From Spirochaetota bacterium (GTDB lineage: Bacteria; Spirochaetota; UBA4802; UBA5368): a stretch of 64,000 nucleotides of DNA. The DNA lies in NCBI GenBank assembly GCA_025457965.1, contig JALOTJ010000013.1:5785-69784 (forward strand). Reading direction: 5' to 3'. Position numbers and translations under genes: made by a program. The notes under the pieces were generated by a model. The model had not been told where the DNA came from, made no database searches, and saw nothing but the letters and a program-made list of their open reading frames with translations. Shown one piece after another: positions 34,465-44,120 of this stretch (within the stretch, counting starts at the first letter, position 1; each line of letters opens with the position of its first letter).

Positions 34465-35409
34465 ATGGCTGAAGACAGAACCCAGGGCGAGTTTCTCGAA
34501 GGCGGCAATTACCTCATAATTAAAGGCCGGTTCAAGTCGCAATCGCTTAACCTCTACGGCATCCTCTTCGTGGTCTTCGATGCCGAGGGCGCCATCGGAA
34601 ACCAGAACATAATAGTGTCGACCTTCTCCAATGTATTCGAGCTCGAGCCCCATGTCGGCTGGGAGCGTTATGAGGAAAACATAATGGAGCTGAAGTGGAA
34701 GGGTAACTTCAACTCGAGCATGAGCTCCTCTCTGATGGACCAGTTCAAGGCGGTCTCGGCACAGCCCAATCTCAATACCCAGCTGTACGAATCGGCCTCC
34801 AATTATGATTACGACCGTGTAGAGATATTCATTTCGGACATTCTCTATCGCATCGTGCACGACAAGAACCTCATCCTTGAAATAGGCATACAGGAAATCA
34901 CCGAAGAGGAGTTCAAGGCCGCCCGCGAGAAACGGCAAAAAACCGCCGAAACCCCGGCGGCCCAGGCGGCCAGAAAGGGCTACAACGTTGAGGACGGGTC
35001 GGTAATTCTCCCGCTTCAACCAATTCTTGCCCCGGTAAAAGGCAAGCCGCTGTACGAGCTCAAAATCGGCGATCGGATTATGGCCAAGATCGTAGCAAAC
35101 TCCGAGCGGGAGAAATACTTTATCGACATTCTCAACCTTCGGGTGGAGGACCATGTTCGGCCGGTTCCCTGTGAGGTTATCGACATCAAGGCGAGCAGTA
35201 AAAGCGATCCAATCGAAATCCTTTCCCTGATAGCCCCGGGAATATACGGTAAAATAATCGAGGACGAGCGCCAGGTCAAGCTCCGTATGTACGATCCAAA
35301 AAACACCTCCAGGGTCGAGACGGGAATGTCCCAGATGACGTACGTCATCATGGGCCTTTTCGCCCTCCTGCTCCTGATTTTCATCATACTTATCTACCTC
35401 AGTTTCTAG
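34465..35409 (+). CDS. Tail-anchored hypothetical protein (314 aa)
   Basis: I trimmed the start to MAEDRTQGEF. The single C-terminal TM is YVIMGLFALLLLIFIILIYLSF. I recognise no motif. Confidence 0.65.
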   Translation: MAEDRTQGEFLEGGNYLIIKGRFKSQSLNLYGILFVVFDAEGAIGNQNIIVSTFSNVFELEPHVGWERYEENIMELKWKGNFNSSMSSSLMDQFKAVSAQPNLNTQLYESASNYDYDRVEIFISDILYRIVHDKNLILEIGIQEITEEEFKAAREKRQKTAETPAAQAARKGYNVEDGSVILPLQPILAPVKGKPLYELKIGDRIMAKIVANSEREKYFIDILNLRVEDHVRPVPCEVIDIKASSKSDPIEILSLIAPGIYGKIIEDERQVKLRMYDPKNTSRVETGMSQMTYVIMGLFALLLLIFIILIYLSF

Positions 35410-35611
35410 GCTTCCCGCGTTTTACAAATGCCAGACCCCTCGGCCTCATTGTCCCCGGAAAAAAGTAGTTTACATTCACAATCCGGGGTGTTTCACCTGT
35501 AGGAACAGCGCGGTTCTAAATCCGCCCGGTCTCCGTGAAAACCGATTCGGGGCTTATTAACCGCCATCCGGCGCGCCGATAAGTATACCAAACGCGCACC
35601 GGAGGTGGGAC

Positions 35612-35740
35612 ATGTTCTACATGATTCTTCGCCTGCTGCATGAAGAGATGGAGGGCGGTATTATTTCACTGCAGGAGTATCATTCGGCCGTGGTGAAGGC
35701 GGCTGTCATCCACGGCATCAGGAGAGACGGAATACGATAG
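35612..35740 (+). CDS. Candidate 42-aa leader/micro-protein translationally abutting glnA
   Basis: Sequence MFYMILRLLHEEMEGGIISLQEYHSAVVKAAVIHGIRRDGIR. A strong RBS (ggaggtggga) ends just before the ATG. Its TAG is immediately followed by the glnA ATG (TAGATG at 35738-35743). Confidence 0.45.
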   Translation: MFYMILRLLHEEMEGGIISLQEYHSAVVKAAVIHGIRRDGIR

Positions 35741-37066
35741 ATGGACAAAGACAAGGAATATATACTGAAGCTCGCCAGCGAGAGCCGGGTCAAATTCATC
35801 AGGCTCTGGTTTACCGATATCCTGGGCTTTCTTAAGAGCTTTGCGATAACGATCGACGAACTCGAAGACGCCCTCATTGAAGGGGTGCGCTTCGACGGCT
35901 CCACCCTGCAGGGCTTTATCCGCAGGGACGAATCAGAAATGATCGCCCTGCCGGACACCTCGACCTTCCAGGTTCTGCCGTGGCGCCCGAAGGAGGACTC
36001 GGTCGCCCGCATGTTTTGCGATATTTATAAAAACGACATGACCCCCTATGACGGGGATTCGCGCTACGTTCTCAAGAAGATGCTCCGCAGGGCCTCGGAC
36101 GAGGGCTATTCCTTCTATACCGGGCCGGAAATTGAATTCTTCTTCTTCAAGAATTCAGCCGCGCCCGAGATTCTCGACCGCGGCGGCTATTATGACCTCA
36201 CCCCGCTGGATGTCGCCACCGACTACCGGCGGCAGACGGTGCTCACGCTCGAGAAGATGGGCATCGGCGTCATATCCTCCCACCACGAGGGGGCCTACAG
36301 CCAGCACGAAATCGACCTCAGGCACGAGGACGCGCTCACCATGGCCGACAACATCATGACCTTCAGGCTTATCGCCAAGGAGATCGGCCAGTCAAATGGA
36401 ATCTATGCTTCGTTCATGCCCAAACCCCTCGAGGGCCAGAACGGGTCGGGCATGCATGTCCACCAGTCGCTCTTCCGCGACGAAGAGAATATCTTTTTCG
36501 ACTCAAACGCGGAGTCGTTTCTCTCCGAGGAGGGGCGGTACTATATCGCCGGACTGCTGAAACACTCGCGGGATTTTTTCGCGATCACGAACCAGTGGGT
36601 CAATTCATACAAGCGCCTTCTCCACGGCTTCGAGGCGCCGACGCACATCTCGTGGAGCACACGCTGCGACACCTCGCTCATACGCGTCCCCGAATGCAAG
36701 CCTGACAAACCGCGCACAATGCGCGTCGAGCTGAGGAATCCGGACCCATCCTGTAATCCATATCTTGTATTCGCGGTCATCCTGGCGAGCGGACTCAAGG
36801 GGATTAAAGAACGTTATGAACTTCCTCCCCCGCTCGACTCAACGCAAAAGGTTTCCTGCAGGGCCGATTTCCAGAAGATGGGGCTTGACCCCCTGCCCAC
36901 CCAGCTCGGCGAGGCCCTGATCGACTTGGGGAAAAGCGAGCTCATGCGGGAGACGCTCGGGGCACAGCTGGTCGACAACTTCATCGAGAACAAAATGCTC
37001 GAGCTCGATCGATTCAACTCGCACATCACAGATTACGAGATAAACGAGTATCTGCCCATTCTCTGA
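35741..37066 (+). CDS. glnA: Glutamine synthetase, type I (short, ~440-aa form)
   Basis: 441 aa with motifs FIRLWFTDILG, FDGST, GPEIEFFFF, MPKPLEGQNGSGMHVHQSL and RVELRNPDPSCNPYL. Confidence 0.95.
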   Translation: MDKDKEYILKLASESRVKFIRLWFTDILGFLKSFAITIDELEDALIEGVRFDGSTLQGFIRRDESEMIALPDTSTFQVLPWRPKEDSVARMFCDIYKNDMTPYDGDSRYVLKKMLRRASDEGYSFYTGPEIEFFFFKNSAAPEILDRGGYYDLTPLDVATDYRRQTVLTLEKMGIGVISSHHEGAYSQHEIDLRHEDALTMADNIMTFRLIAKEIGQSNGIYASFMPKPLEGQNGSGMHVHQSLFRDEENIFFDSNAESFLSEEGRYYIAGLLKHSRDFFAITNQWVNSYKRLLHGFEAPTHISWSTRCDTSLIRVPECKPDKPRTMRVELRNPDPSCNPYLVFAVILASGLKGIKERYELPPPLDSTQKVSCRADFQKMGLDPLPTQLGEALIDLGKSELMRETLGAQLVDNFIENKMLELDRFNSHITDYEINEYLPIL

Positions 37067-37084
37067 AATGTGCACGGCCCCCGC

Positions 37085-38170
37085 ATGAAACGACCGAGCA
37101 TCGCGCTTATCGGCTGCGGAAGGATCGGTTTCATGCTTGAATCCGACCCGCTTCGCTACAAGCCATGCACGCATTTCGGCGGTGCGTCATCAGCGGGACT
37201 CCGCATCACGCATGCGTGCGACATCGATCCCGGCAGACTTGAAGGCTTTGTACGCGCATCGGGCATTCCGCGTGAAAACGCATTCACCTCCCACCGCGAA
37301 CTTTTCGATTCGGTCCGTCCTGACCTTGTGATCATAAGCACCTGGACCCAATCACACGCCGAAATCGGCATCCGTGCCGCCGAAAACGGGGCCCGGGTGG
37401 TCGTATGCGAGAAACCCATCGCCTCGAACCTCCGCGACGCCTCCAGGCTCATCGCCTCCTGCAAAGCCCGCGGCGCACGCCTTATCATCAACCACGAGCG
37501 CCGCTACGACATGCGCTACCAGAAGATAAAGGAAATGCTCGACGACGGCGCCATAGGTGAAATCAGGTCCGTCCATGCCGTTATCCTGTCCGGCGGTTTC
37601 CGGGGTATTTCAAGAATCGAACAGGGAGGCGGGCCGCTGCTCCACGACGGCACCCACATGATCGACCTTATCAGGTACTTCTTCGGCGATATCGCCACCG
37701 TCATCGGTGATTTCGACCGCTCGGGAAATCGGAGAAGCGGTTTCGAGGACCGGGCCACTGCATGGATACGGACGCGCGGCGGCGTGGACGTGTTTCTCGA
37801 GGCGGGAGGGGCCAGGGACTACTTCGTCTTCGAGCTGGGCATCTCGGGCACCAGTGGAAAAATCATCGCGGGAAACGGCTACCAGTCGTTTTTCACCACC
37901 CGTGCGTCGAAACACTATACGGGCTTTCGCGACCTCGTCGAAAAGCCTTTCCCGCGCTTCAGGCGCCATAATTATTTCACGGGGGAATACTCCGAGGCCA
38001 AACGGCTTCTGTCCGGGCAGGACGTTAGCATACGCTCAACCGGGCTCGACGGCTACAGGGCGATTGAGGCGATTCACGCTATCTACCTTTCGGCCGGCCG
38101 GGGAAGAAAAATTGTTGAATTACCGGTCAAACCGGATACAATCCGTTTAAAAGAGATATTCAGTCTTTGA
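37085..38170 (+). CDS. Gfo/Idh/MocA family oxidoreductase
   Basis: I trimmed the start to MKRPSIALIGCGRIG. Motif VVCEKPIASNL (EKP) is present. Confidence 0.85.
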   Translation: MKRPSIALIGCGRIGFMLESDPLRYKPCTHFGGASSAGLRITHACDIDPGRLEGFVRASGIPRENAFTSHRELFDSVRPDLVIISTWTQSHAEIGIRAAENGARVVVCEKPIASNLRDASRLIASCKARGARLIINHERRYDMRYQKIKEMLDDGAIGEIRSVHAVILSGGFRGISRIEQGGGPLLHDGTHMIDLIRYFFGDIATVIGDFDRSGNRRSGFEDRATAWIRTRGGVDVFLEAGGARDYFVFELGISGTSGKIIAGNGYQSFFTTRASKHYTGFRDLVEKPFPRFRRHNYFTGEYSEAKRLLSGQDVSIRSTGLDGYRAIEAIHAIYLSAGRGRKIVELPVKPDTIRLKEIFSL

Positions 38171-38289
38171 ATTTTTCTGGCCGTGATTATGCAATGCGCC
38201 GGCATGCCGCCGAAAATACCGGCTTTCCCGAAGCGGGTACGGCCTGAACGGTTCTGCTACCGATATTCAATGATATTACTGGAAGGGAG

Positions 38290-38631
38290 ATGGAAATAAA
38301 ATCGAAAAAAATCAGCGACGACGCCGTATTGCTCGCGATAAAAGGAAGATTCAACATCGAGCAGGTTGACGCTTTCGAAACCGCGCTGGAGAAATGCGCG
38401 GGGAGCAGGTATATAATCCTGGACCTTTCCGCGATGAAATACATCGATTCATCCGGAATCGGCTCCCTTATCAAAGCGGTCAATATAGCGAAAAACGAGA
38501 AGAGGGAGATTCTCCTGCACAGCATCGACCCGGCCATCATGAACGTCTTCAGGCTGGCGTATCTCGACAAGTTCTTCAGCATCCGCTCGCGCGAAGAGCT
38601 CTCCGTACTTCTCCCCGGAAGCCGCTTTTAA
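38290..38631 (+). CDS. STAS-domain protein (anti-sigma-factor antagonist, SpoIIAA-like)
   Basis: 113 aa with the motif DLSAMKYIDSSGIGSLI, which carries the phosphorylatable Ser context. RBS ggaagggag is present. Confidence 0.85.
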   Translation: MEIKSKKISDDAVLLAIKGRFNIEQVDAFETALEKCAGSRYIILDLSAMKYIDSSGIGSLIKAVNIAKNEKREILLHSIDPAIMNVFRLAYLDKFFSIRSREELSVLLPGSRF

Positions 38632-38697
38632 CGAAATGCTCATCAAGGTTTTCGTTCGGAATTATAAAATGGAAAACCGTTTGGCACGCGCTTGCGT

Positions 38698-39354
38698 CTA
38701 CAGATAGCCGCCTTCCAGCAGCTTTTGCTTTAATTCATCCTCCCGGGCGGTCGGTTCATCCGATGAGCGAATGCTCAGCATCCGCTCGACATACTTGGCG
38801 AGTATGTCGACCTCGATGTTTACCGCGTCACCCGCTTTTCGCTCGTACAGCGTCGTTTTGGACGCGGTTTCCGGGATGATGTAAATGCCGAACCCGGCGG
38901 GATGAAGTGAGACGACGGTAAGGGAAATTCCGTCAACAGCCACCGAGCCCTTCTCAACGATATAGCGGGAAAGCGCCTCCGGTACCGCCATATCGATACC
39001 GATACCCCTCGAGTCCCGGCGCACCGCGCTGATCGATCCCCTGCCGTCGACATGTCCCTGGACGATATGACCGCCGAGTCTCCCCCCGGGCGTCACGGCC
39101 CGTTCCAGGTTCACCCGCCTCGCCGAGCCGAACGAGCCGAGCGTGGTCGCCTGAAGGGTCACACTGGAACAGAAAACCGAAAAGGTCCCCCCGCCAATGC
39201 GGGTCACCGTCTGGCAGGCACCGTCTATCGAGATTGAATCACCGACGACCGTGCCCTCGAGCACCCGCGCGGCGGACACCGTAAGTGTCGCCCCCGTTCC
39301 GGTGCCCTCGAGGCTTTTTACCACGCCTATCTCTTCGATCAATCCGGTAAACAC
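38698..39354 (-). CDS. ribE: Riboflavin synthase
   Basis: A GTG start at 39354 follows RBS gggagg and gives MFTGLIEEIGVV. Duplicated lumazine-binding repeats are present (SIDGACQTV and AVDGISLTV). Confidence 0.9.
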   Translation of the reverse strand: MFTGLIEEIGVVKSLEGTGTGATLTVSAARVLEGTVVGDSISIDGACQTVTRIGGGTFSVFCSSVTLQATTLGSFGSARRVNLERAVTPGGRLGGHIVQGHVDGRGSISAVRRDSRGIGIDMAVPEALSRYIVEKGSVAVDGISLTVVSLHPAGFGIYIIPETASKTTLYERKAGDAVNIEVDILAKYVERMLSIRSSDEPTAREDELKQKLLEGGYL

Positions 39355-39387
39355 GTAGTACCTCCCAAACAATCCACATGCAGAAGC

Positions 39388-40602
39388 TTAGGAAATCCCG
39401 CCGTAAGCGCTATAAAGAATATCATCGCCGATGGCGATCGTGGAGACGTCGCACAGGCGAAGCGAACCGGCAATCGTATCGCGTCCCCTGCCGTTGAGTA
39501 CCGGGACTCCGCCACCGATAACGCGCGGCGCTAAGAAATAAAGATACTGATCGATTGCGTTCGCATCGAAAAACGAAGCCGCCAGTCTTCCGCCGCCCTC
39601 AAGAAGCGCCATCAGTATACCACGGCCGTGAAGCAGCCGCAAGGCATTATCCACGACCTGCGCCGGCGAGTCCCCATTCACCAGAACGAGCCGGCCCGAA
39701 TCCTCCAGCTCGCGTAGGAAGCGATGGTCCTCCCGATCCTCCAGCGAATTCCTCTGCTTTTCCGTACCGATCAGAAGAATCCTGTCGTCGCCGAAGATCT
39801 TCAGATCCGGACGTAGCACGTCCGGAACACCGATAACCACCCGGAGCGGCACGGCCGCGGCGTTGAATTCCGCGGACTCGAGAAGGAGCCTGAGAAAATG
39901 GTTCCGGTAACCATCAATCCGCCAGGTGCCCCGGCCGAACGGTTTCAGTTCCTCACCGGAAAACGAGCCCAGCCGGACGCTGAGTTGCGGGTCGTCCTTT
40001 ACCACCGTACCTTTGCCGATGATGATCGCATCCGCAAGCGAGCGCAGTCTGTGCACCAGAAACCGCGAGGCGTTTCCCGATATCCACCGGGAATCACCCG
40101 AATGCGTGGCGATCCTGCCGTCGAGTGACATGGCCGCCTTGTGCACAATGAACGGCCTGTCATGCACTATGTATTTTTTGAAGGGGCGGATGAGGTCATT
40201 GGCCGCGGACGCCATCTCATCCATCATGACGACGTCTATTCCCGCGCTCCTGAGACAGGCGACGCCCCTGCCCGCGACCCGTGGATTGGGATCGAGGATC
40301 GGAATGAACACGCGCCGAACCCCAGAAGCGATCAGGGCGTCAGTGCAGGGAGGGGTTTTACCGTGATGGCAGCACGGCTCAAGCGTGACATACAGGTCGC
40401 CGCCGGCGACCGGAGCGACGGCGTTTCTGAGTGCGCACACCTCGGCGTGATCATCGCCGCAGGCGCAGGTGGAGCCGGTCGAGAGTACCTCGCCGTCCCT
40501 GACCAGTACGGCCCCCACCGAGGGATTCGGCGACGTGGTGCCCATGCCGGCGAACGCCAGTTTGAGCGCCTGTTCCATGTATGCCAGGTCAGCGGTCTCC
40601 AT
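39388..40602 (-). CDS. ribD: Bifunctional riboflavin biosynthesis deaminase/reductase
   Basis: 404 aa. The deaminase motifs are HAEV and TLEPCCHHGKTPPC. The C-terminal domain is RibD_C-type reductase (GGG...YLYFLAPRVIGG). Confidence 0.9.
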   Translation of the reverse strand: METADLAYMEQALKLAFAGMGTTSPNPSVGAVLVRDGEVLSTGSTCACGDDHAEVCALRNAVAPVAGGDLYVTLEPCCHHGKTPPCTDALIASGVRRVFIPILDPNPRVAGRGVACLRSAGIDVVMMDEMASAANDLIRPFKKYIVHDRPFIVHKAAMSLDGRIATHSGDSRWISGNASRFLVHRLRSLADAIIIGKGTVVKDDPQLSVRLGSFSGEELKPFGRGTWRIDGYRNHFLRLLLESAEFNAAAVPLRVVIGVPDVLRPDLKIFGDDRILLIGTEKQRNSLEDREDHRFLRELEDSGRLVLVNGDSPAQVVDNALRLLHGRGILMALLEGGGRLAASFFDANAIDQYLYFLAPRVIGGGVPVLNGRGRDTIAGSLRLCDVSTIAIGDDILYSAYGGIS

Positions 40603-41521
40603 ATCCTATGCCGTATCTTCGAAAAATCTCTTCCCTGTCGTCACCGGGCCGAAGCTCCTCGTAAACGCTCTCACGTATCCGATCCTCGATCGAGCGGTTG
40701 TACCGCAGCGTCTCCCGGTACGCGCCGACGATACTGCCGCCGTAGAACACGGCCGCCGTCGCGCCGAATACGAAACCCAGCGGCGCATTGTCCGTACGGA
40801 ACGAGAAATAGGTCAAGGCGGAAAATGTCGATACCACGATGAAAGCGATGATGCCGTTTTGCCTGTTACCCGCGTACGCGTAACCCATCCCCGGGACGGC
40901 CCCCAGGCCCAGGGCCATGCAGGGGGATCTCCTCGCGGAAAAACCGTCATGTGCGTACTTCGCCAGCTCCGCATGCGCGGCCGGATCAAAACCACTGTCG
41001 GAAAGCAGTGGCTTCGGGCTCTCCAGCCGCTTTGCCTCCTCGATCCTGTTTAACAGAACGAGCGAGATGAATGCGCGACGCCGGAGCGCCGAATCGATGA
41101 AGGGCCCGCAACCCTCCGCGGGCAGAGCAGTGCTCGCGTCGAGTGACCGGCCATATTCGCCAAGTGCGATCGCCGCGTCCGCCGAGAAAATTCTGTCGGC
41201 GCACGAAACTACCGTGCCGGACGCCCGAACCATAGCGAGGATGGCCCCATAGCGCCCCCCCCCGTAAAGCAGGTACAGTTCACTCAACCTGAGGCGGGCT
41301 TCTTCGACATGTCCTGGATAATAGCTCTTGAGGCGGGAGAGTTCGGTATAGGCCCTGAAGTATTCACCGCTCCGGGCGAGCTGGCGCGCGAAGCCGAGGA
41401 CGGCTTCGGCGGAGTATTCACCCTTGAGCGGAACCGTCGCCGCGCCCGCACCGGGCGCGGCTGAAGCGCAAAGCACCAAGGCGACCGCGCATTCGGCGAT
41501 ATATCGCAGCGGAAGCCGCAT
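40589..41521 (-). CDS. Exported/membrane hypothetical protein (310 aa): helical-repeat N-terminal half, polytopic C-terminal half
   Basis: It has a signal peptide (ALVLCASAAPGAGA) and TM segments in the C-terminal third (GIIAFIVVSTFSALTYF, FVFGATAAVFYGGSIVGAY). It overlaps the ribD start by 14 nt. Confidence 0.6.
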   Translation of the reverse strand: MRLPLRYIAECAVALVLCASAAPGAGAATVPLKGEYSAEAVLGFARQLARSGEYFRAYTELSRLKSYYPGHVEEARLRLSELYLLYGGGRYGAILAMVRASGTVVSCADRIFSADAAIALGEYGRSLDASTALPAEGCGPFIDSALRRRAFISLVLLNRIEEAKRLESPKPLLSDSGFDPAAHAELAKYAHDGFSARRSPCMALGLGAVPGMGYAYAGNRQNGIIAFIVVSTFSALTYFSFRTDNAPLGFVFGATAAVFYGGSIVGAYRETLRYNRSIEDRIRESVYEELRPGDDREEIFRRYGIGYGDR

Positions 41522-41530
41522 CGCCCTGTC

Positions 41531-42436
41531 TCATTCGGAACGCGCTTTATGCCACCACAGAACCACCGGTGCGGCGATGTAAATCGTCGAGTAGGTGCCG
41601 CTGACGAGTCCCGCGAGCATAACGAGCGCGAAATCGCTGATGGTGCCCTCGCCGATGACATACAGCGACAGGACGCAGAAGAGCACGGTAAGCGTGGTGA
41701 TAAAGGTACGGGCGAGGGTCTGTGTGACCGAGATGTTCAGTATCTGAGCGAAGGCGCTCTTTGCGTGAATAGTGAGGTTTTCGCGCACGCGGTCGAAGAT
41801 GACGATGGTATCGTTGACCGAAAAGCCGAAGATCGTCAGGATGGCCGCGACAATGGGCACATTGATCTCGACACCCATAAATCCGCAAAAGAGAAAGGCC
41901 ATTAATACATCATGGACCACCGCCACCATCACGCCCGCGGAATACTTGAGTTCGAAACGGAAGGCGAGATACAGCCCCATGAGGGCGAGCGCGATGAGCA
42001 TGAGCTTGACGGCTGATTTTCTCAGAAAGTCTCCCACCGCCGGCCCGACCGTCTCGGTGGCAAGGATCTTTATTGTAGGATACGCCGCACTGAGTACGCC
42101 TTTAATGGTAGCCGAGCTCTTTTCGGAAGACTCACCCCTCTCGAGCAGCTTCGAAGAAACGATGAACTCATGAAGCTCTCCCCTGCCATACTGCTGCACG
42201 TCGGCCTTGATGCCATGTTTTTCGAGCTCTTTCCTTACATCACCGGGATCTGACGGACCCTCGAACTGTACCGTCAGCTTAACGCCGCCGATAAAATCGA
42301 TTCCCCAGGTGAATCCGCCTTTCATGTAGGTGGTCACGGAAAACAGGGTAAGAACGACCAGCGAAAAACCGATCGCGATCCATCTATATTTAAGAAAGTC
42401 TATCACCCTTTCCAAAGCGATTCTCCTTTTATACAC
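41531..42436 (-). CDS. secF: Protein translocase subunit SecF
   Basis: 301 aa with motifs GIDFIGG, FGFSVNDTIVIFDRVRE and a typical 6-TM layout. Confidence 0.95.
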   Translation of the reverse strand: MYKRRIALERVIDFLKYRWIAIGFSLVVLTLFSVTTYMKGGFTWGIDFIGGVKLTVQFEGPSDPGDVRKELEKHGIKADVQQYGRGELHEFIVSSKLLERGESSEKSSATIKGVLSAAYPTIKILATETVGPAVGDFLRKSAVKLMLIALALMGLYLAFRFELKYSAGVMVAVVHDVLMAFLFCGFMGVEINVPIVAAILTIFGFSVNDTIVIFDRVRENLTIHAKSAFAQILNISVTQTLARTFITTLTVLFCVLSLYVIGEGTISDFALVMLAGLVSGTYSTIYIAAPVVLWWHKARSE

Positions 42437-44093
42437 TCAGTTTTTTCAGGTTCTTCGAGAGCGACAAAAGCTCGAACACGAACCGCGTGACGTACAGCAC
42501 CACGAAGAGGCTGGAGATGAGGCCGATAGAAAGGGTGACGGCAAACCCCTTTATCGGGCCGGTGCCGAACTGCGAGAGCACGAACGCCGCGATGAGCGTG
42601 GTGATGTTCGAGTCGACGATGGCCCAGAAGGCCCTGTCGAAACCGTTGACAACCGCGATGCGCGGCGACTTGCCTGAACGCTGTTCCTCGCGAATGCGCT
42701 CGTAGATGAGCACATTGCTGTCCACCGCCATGCCGAGGGTCAGGATAAACCCGGCTATACCCGGGAGAGTCAGTGTAAATCCCAGCCAGGAAAGCAGCGC
42801 GAGCTGGCAGACAATGTTAAGTATAAGACCGACCGAGGCTATGAATCCTGAAAGCCTGTAATAAGCGACCATGAAGATCATGACCACCGAAAAAGCCAGG
42901 ATGGTCGCCTTTATTCCGGCGTCGATCGCGTCCTGGCCGAGCGACGGACCGACCGTGCGCTCCTCGATAATGACTAGATTTACGGGAAGCGCACCCTCCT
43001 TGATGATGCGGGCGAGCGTGTTTACCTCTTCGAGCGTAAAATCGCCCTGAATCAGCGCCTGGCCAGTGGTGATCTGCACATTTACCTGGGGGGCGCTTCG
43101 CACCTTTTCGTCGATGATAATGGCGAGTTTTCGGCCATGGTTCTTTGCGGAGGTCACCGTCGCGAACTTCGAAGCGCCGTCCGGTGTGGTGGTGAAATGC
43201 ACCGAGAGACGGCCGTATTCATCGTGTCCAACCCAGGCCTTGCTGATATCGTTACCCGCCAGCGCCACCTCCTTCTCCAGTGCTATCGGATAGGCCGGCA
43301 GTATCTTTTTAGTGTTCTCGTCCCGCTCGTAGAAGAATAGCAGCTCGCTTTTGGCGGACAGACCGATGGCCTTTGCCGCTTCATCGAGTATCGTATACTG
43401 CTGTTCGATTTCTTCGGGTATCTTCCCTTCTTTAAGGATATGAGCATTGTTTTTTAGCCAGAGCCCGGCCAGGCGCGTATATTCATCGTCCACCAGGCGG
43501 TACTCGACCCGGCCCGTGGTGCCGATGGCCTTCTTCACGCTCATGGGGTCCTTAACGCCGGGAAGCTGTATCTCGATCGCCTCGGCGCCGCGCGGCCGTA
43601 TGGAGGGCTCGGAAACGCCGAATTTGTCAATCCGGTTTCGCAGCAGTTCGAGGGCCTGCTGGGTTATGTCCAGCTTCTCCGAGTCGGTAAGTTTCTTTTC
43701 CTGCTTGTGCTCTATGCTCTCAAAATCCGCGCGCATGACGAGGTTCATCCCGCCCTGAAGGTCCAGGCCCAGGTTCATCTTCTTCGCCAGAAGTGCCCTT
43801 TCCGACCAGTGGGGGAGGATGCGGACGTCCTTGACTCCGGGAATGATTTTCACTTCGTTCATCACCGCGTCGTTGATACCGTATCCGCTGATCGATATCA
43901 TCTCGCCCGTTTTTACGACGAGAAGGCCCGCTTCGGTAAAATGCTTTTCAAGATCGGCGACCTGTTCGGCGGTGGCGTCTTTTTCAAGAACGATGCTCAT
44001 CTCCCGTTTTCCGATGGTGGGCAGAATGAGCAGTACGGCAAATACAAGTATCGCCACTATGAACATGGCCTTGTATATCATGCCTCGTGTCAT
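42429..44093 (-). CDS. secD: Protein translocase subunit SecD
   Basis: 554 aa with motifs LGLDLQGG, SLGQDAI and LGMAVDSNVLIYERIREE. It overlaps secF by 8 nt. Confidence 0.95.
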   Translation of the reverse strand: MTRGMIYKAMFIVAILVFAVLLILPTIGKREMSIVLEKDATAEQVADLEKHFTEAGLLVVKTGEMISISGYGINDAVMNEVKIIPGVKDVRILPHWSERALLAKKMNLGLDLQGGMNLVMRADFESIEHKQEKKLTDSEKLDITQQALELLRNRIDKFGVSEPSIRPRGAEAIEIQLPGVKDPMSVKKAIGTTGRVEYRLVDDEYTRLAGLWLKNNAHILKEGKIPEEIEQQYTILDEAAKAIGLSAKSELLFFYERDENTKKILPAYPIALEKEVALAGNDISKAWVGHDEYGRLSVHFTTTPDGASKFATVTSAKNHGRKLAIIIDEKVRSAPQVNVQITTGQALIQGDFTLEEVNTLARIIKEGALPVNLVIIEERTVGPSLGQDAIDAGIKATILAFSVVMIFMVAYYRLSGFIASVGLILNIVCQLALLSWLGFTLTLPGIAGFILTLGMAVDSNVLIYERIREEQRSGKSPRIAVVNGFDRAFWAIVDSNITTLIAAFVLSQFGTGPIKGFAVTLSIGLISSLFVVLYVTRFVFELLSLSKNLKKLSV

Positions 44094-44120
44094 GACAGTC
44101 CTCGTTAGTGTGAGAAGTCT

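Noticed and set aside
40603-41530. An expected FMN (RFN) riboswitch upstream of ribD.
   Set aside because: ribD overlaps the preceding CDS by 14 nt, so there is no non-coding space and no RFN-like sequence.
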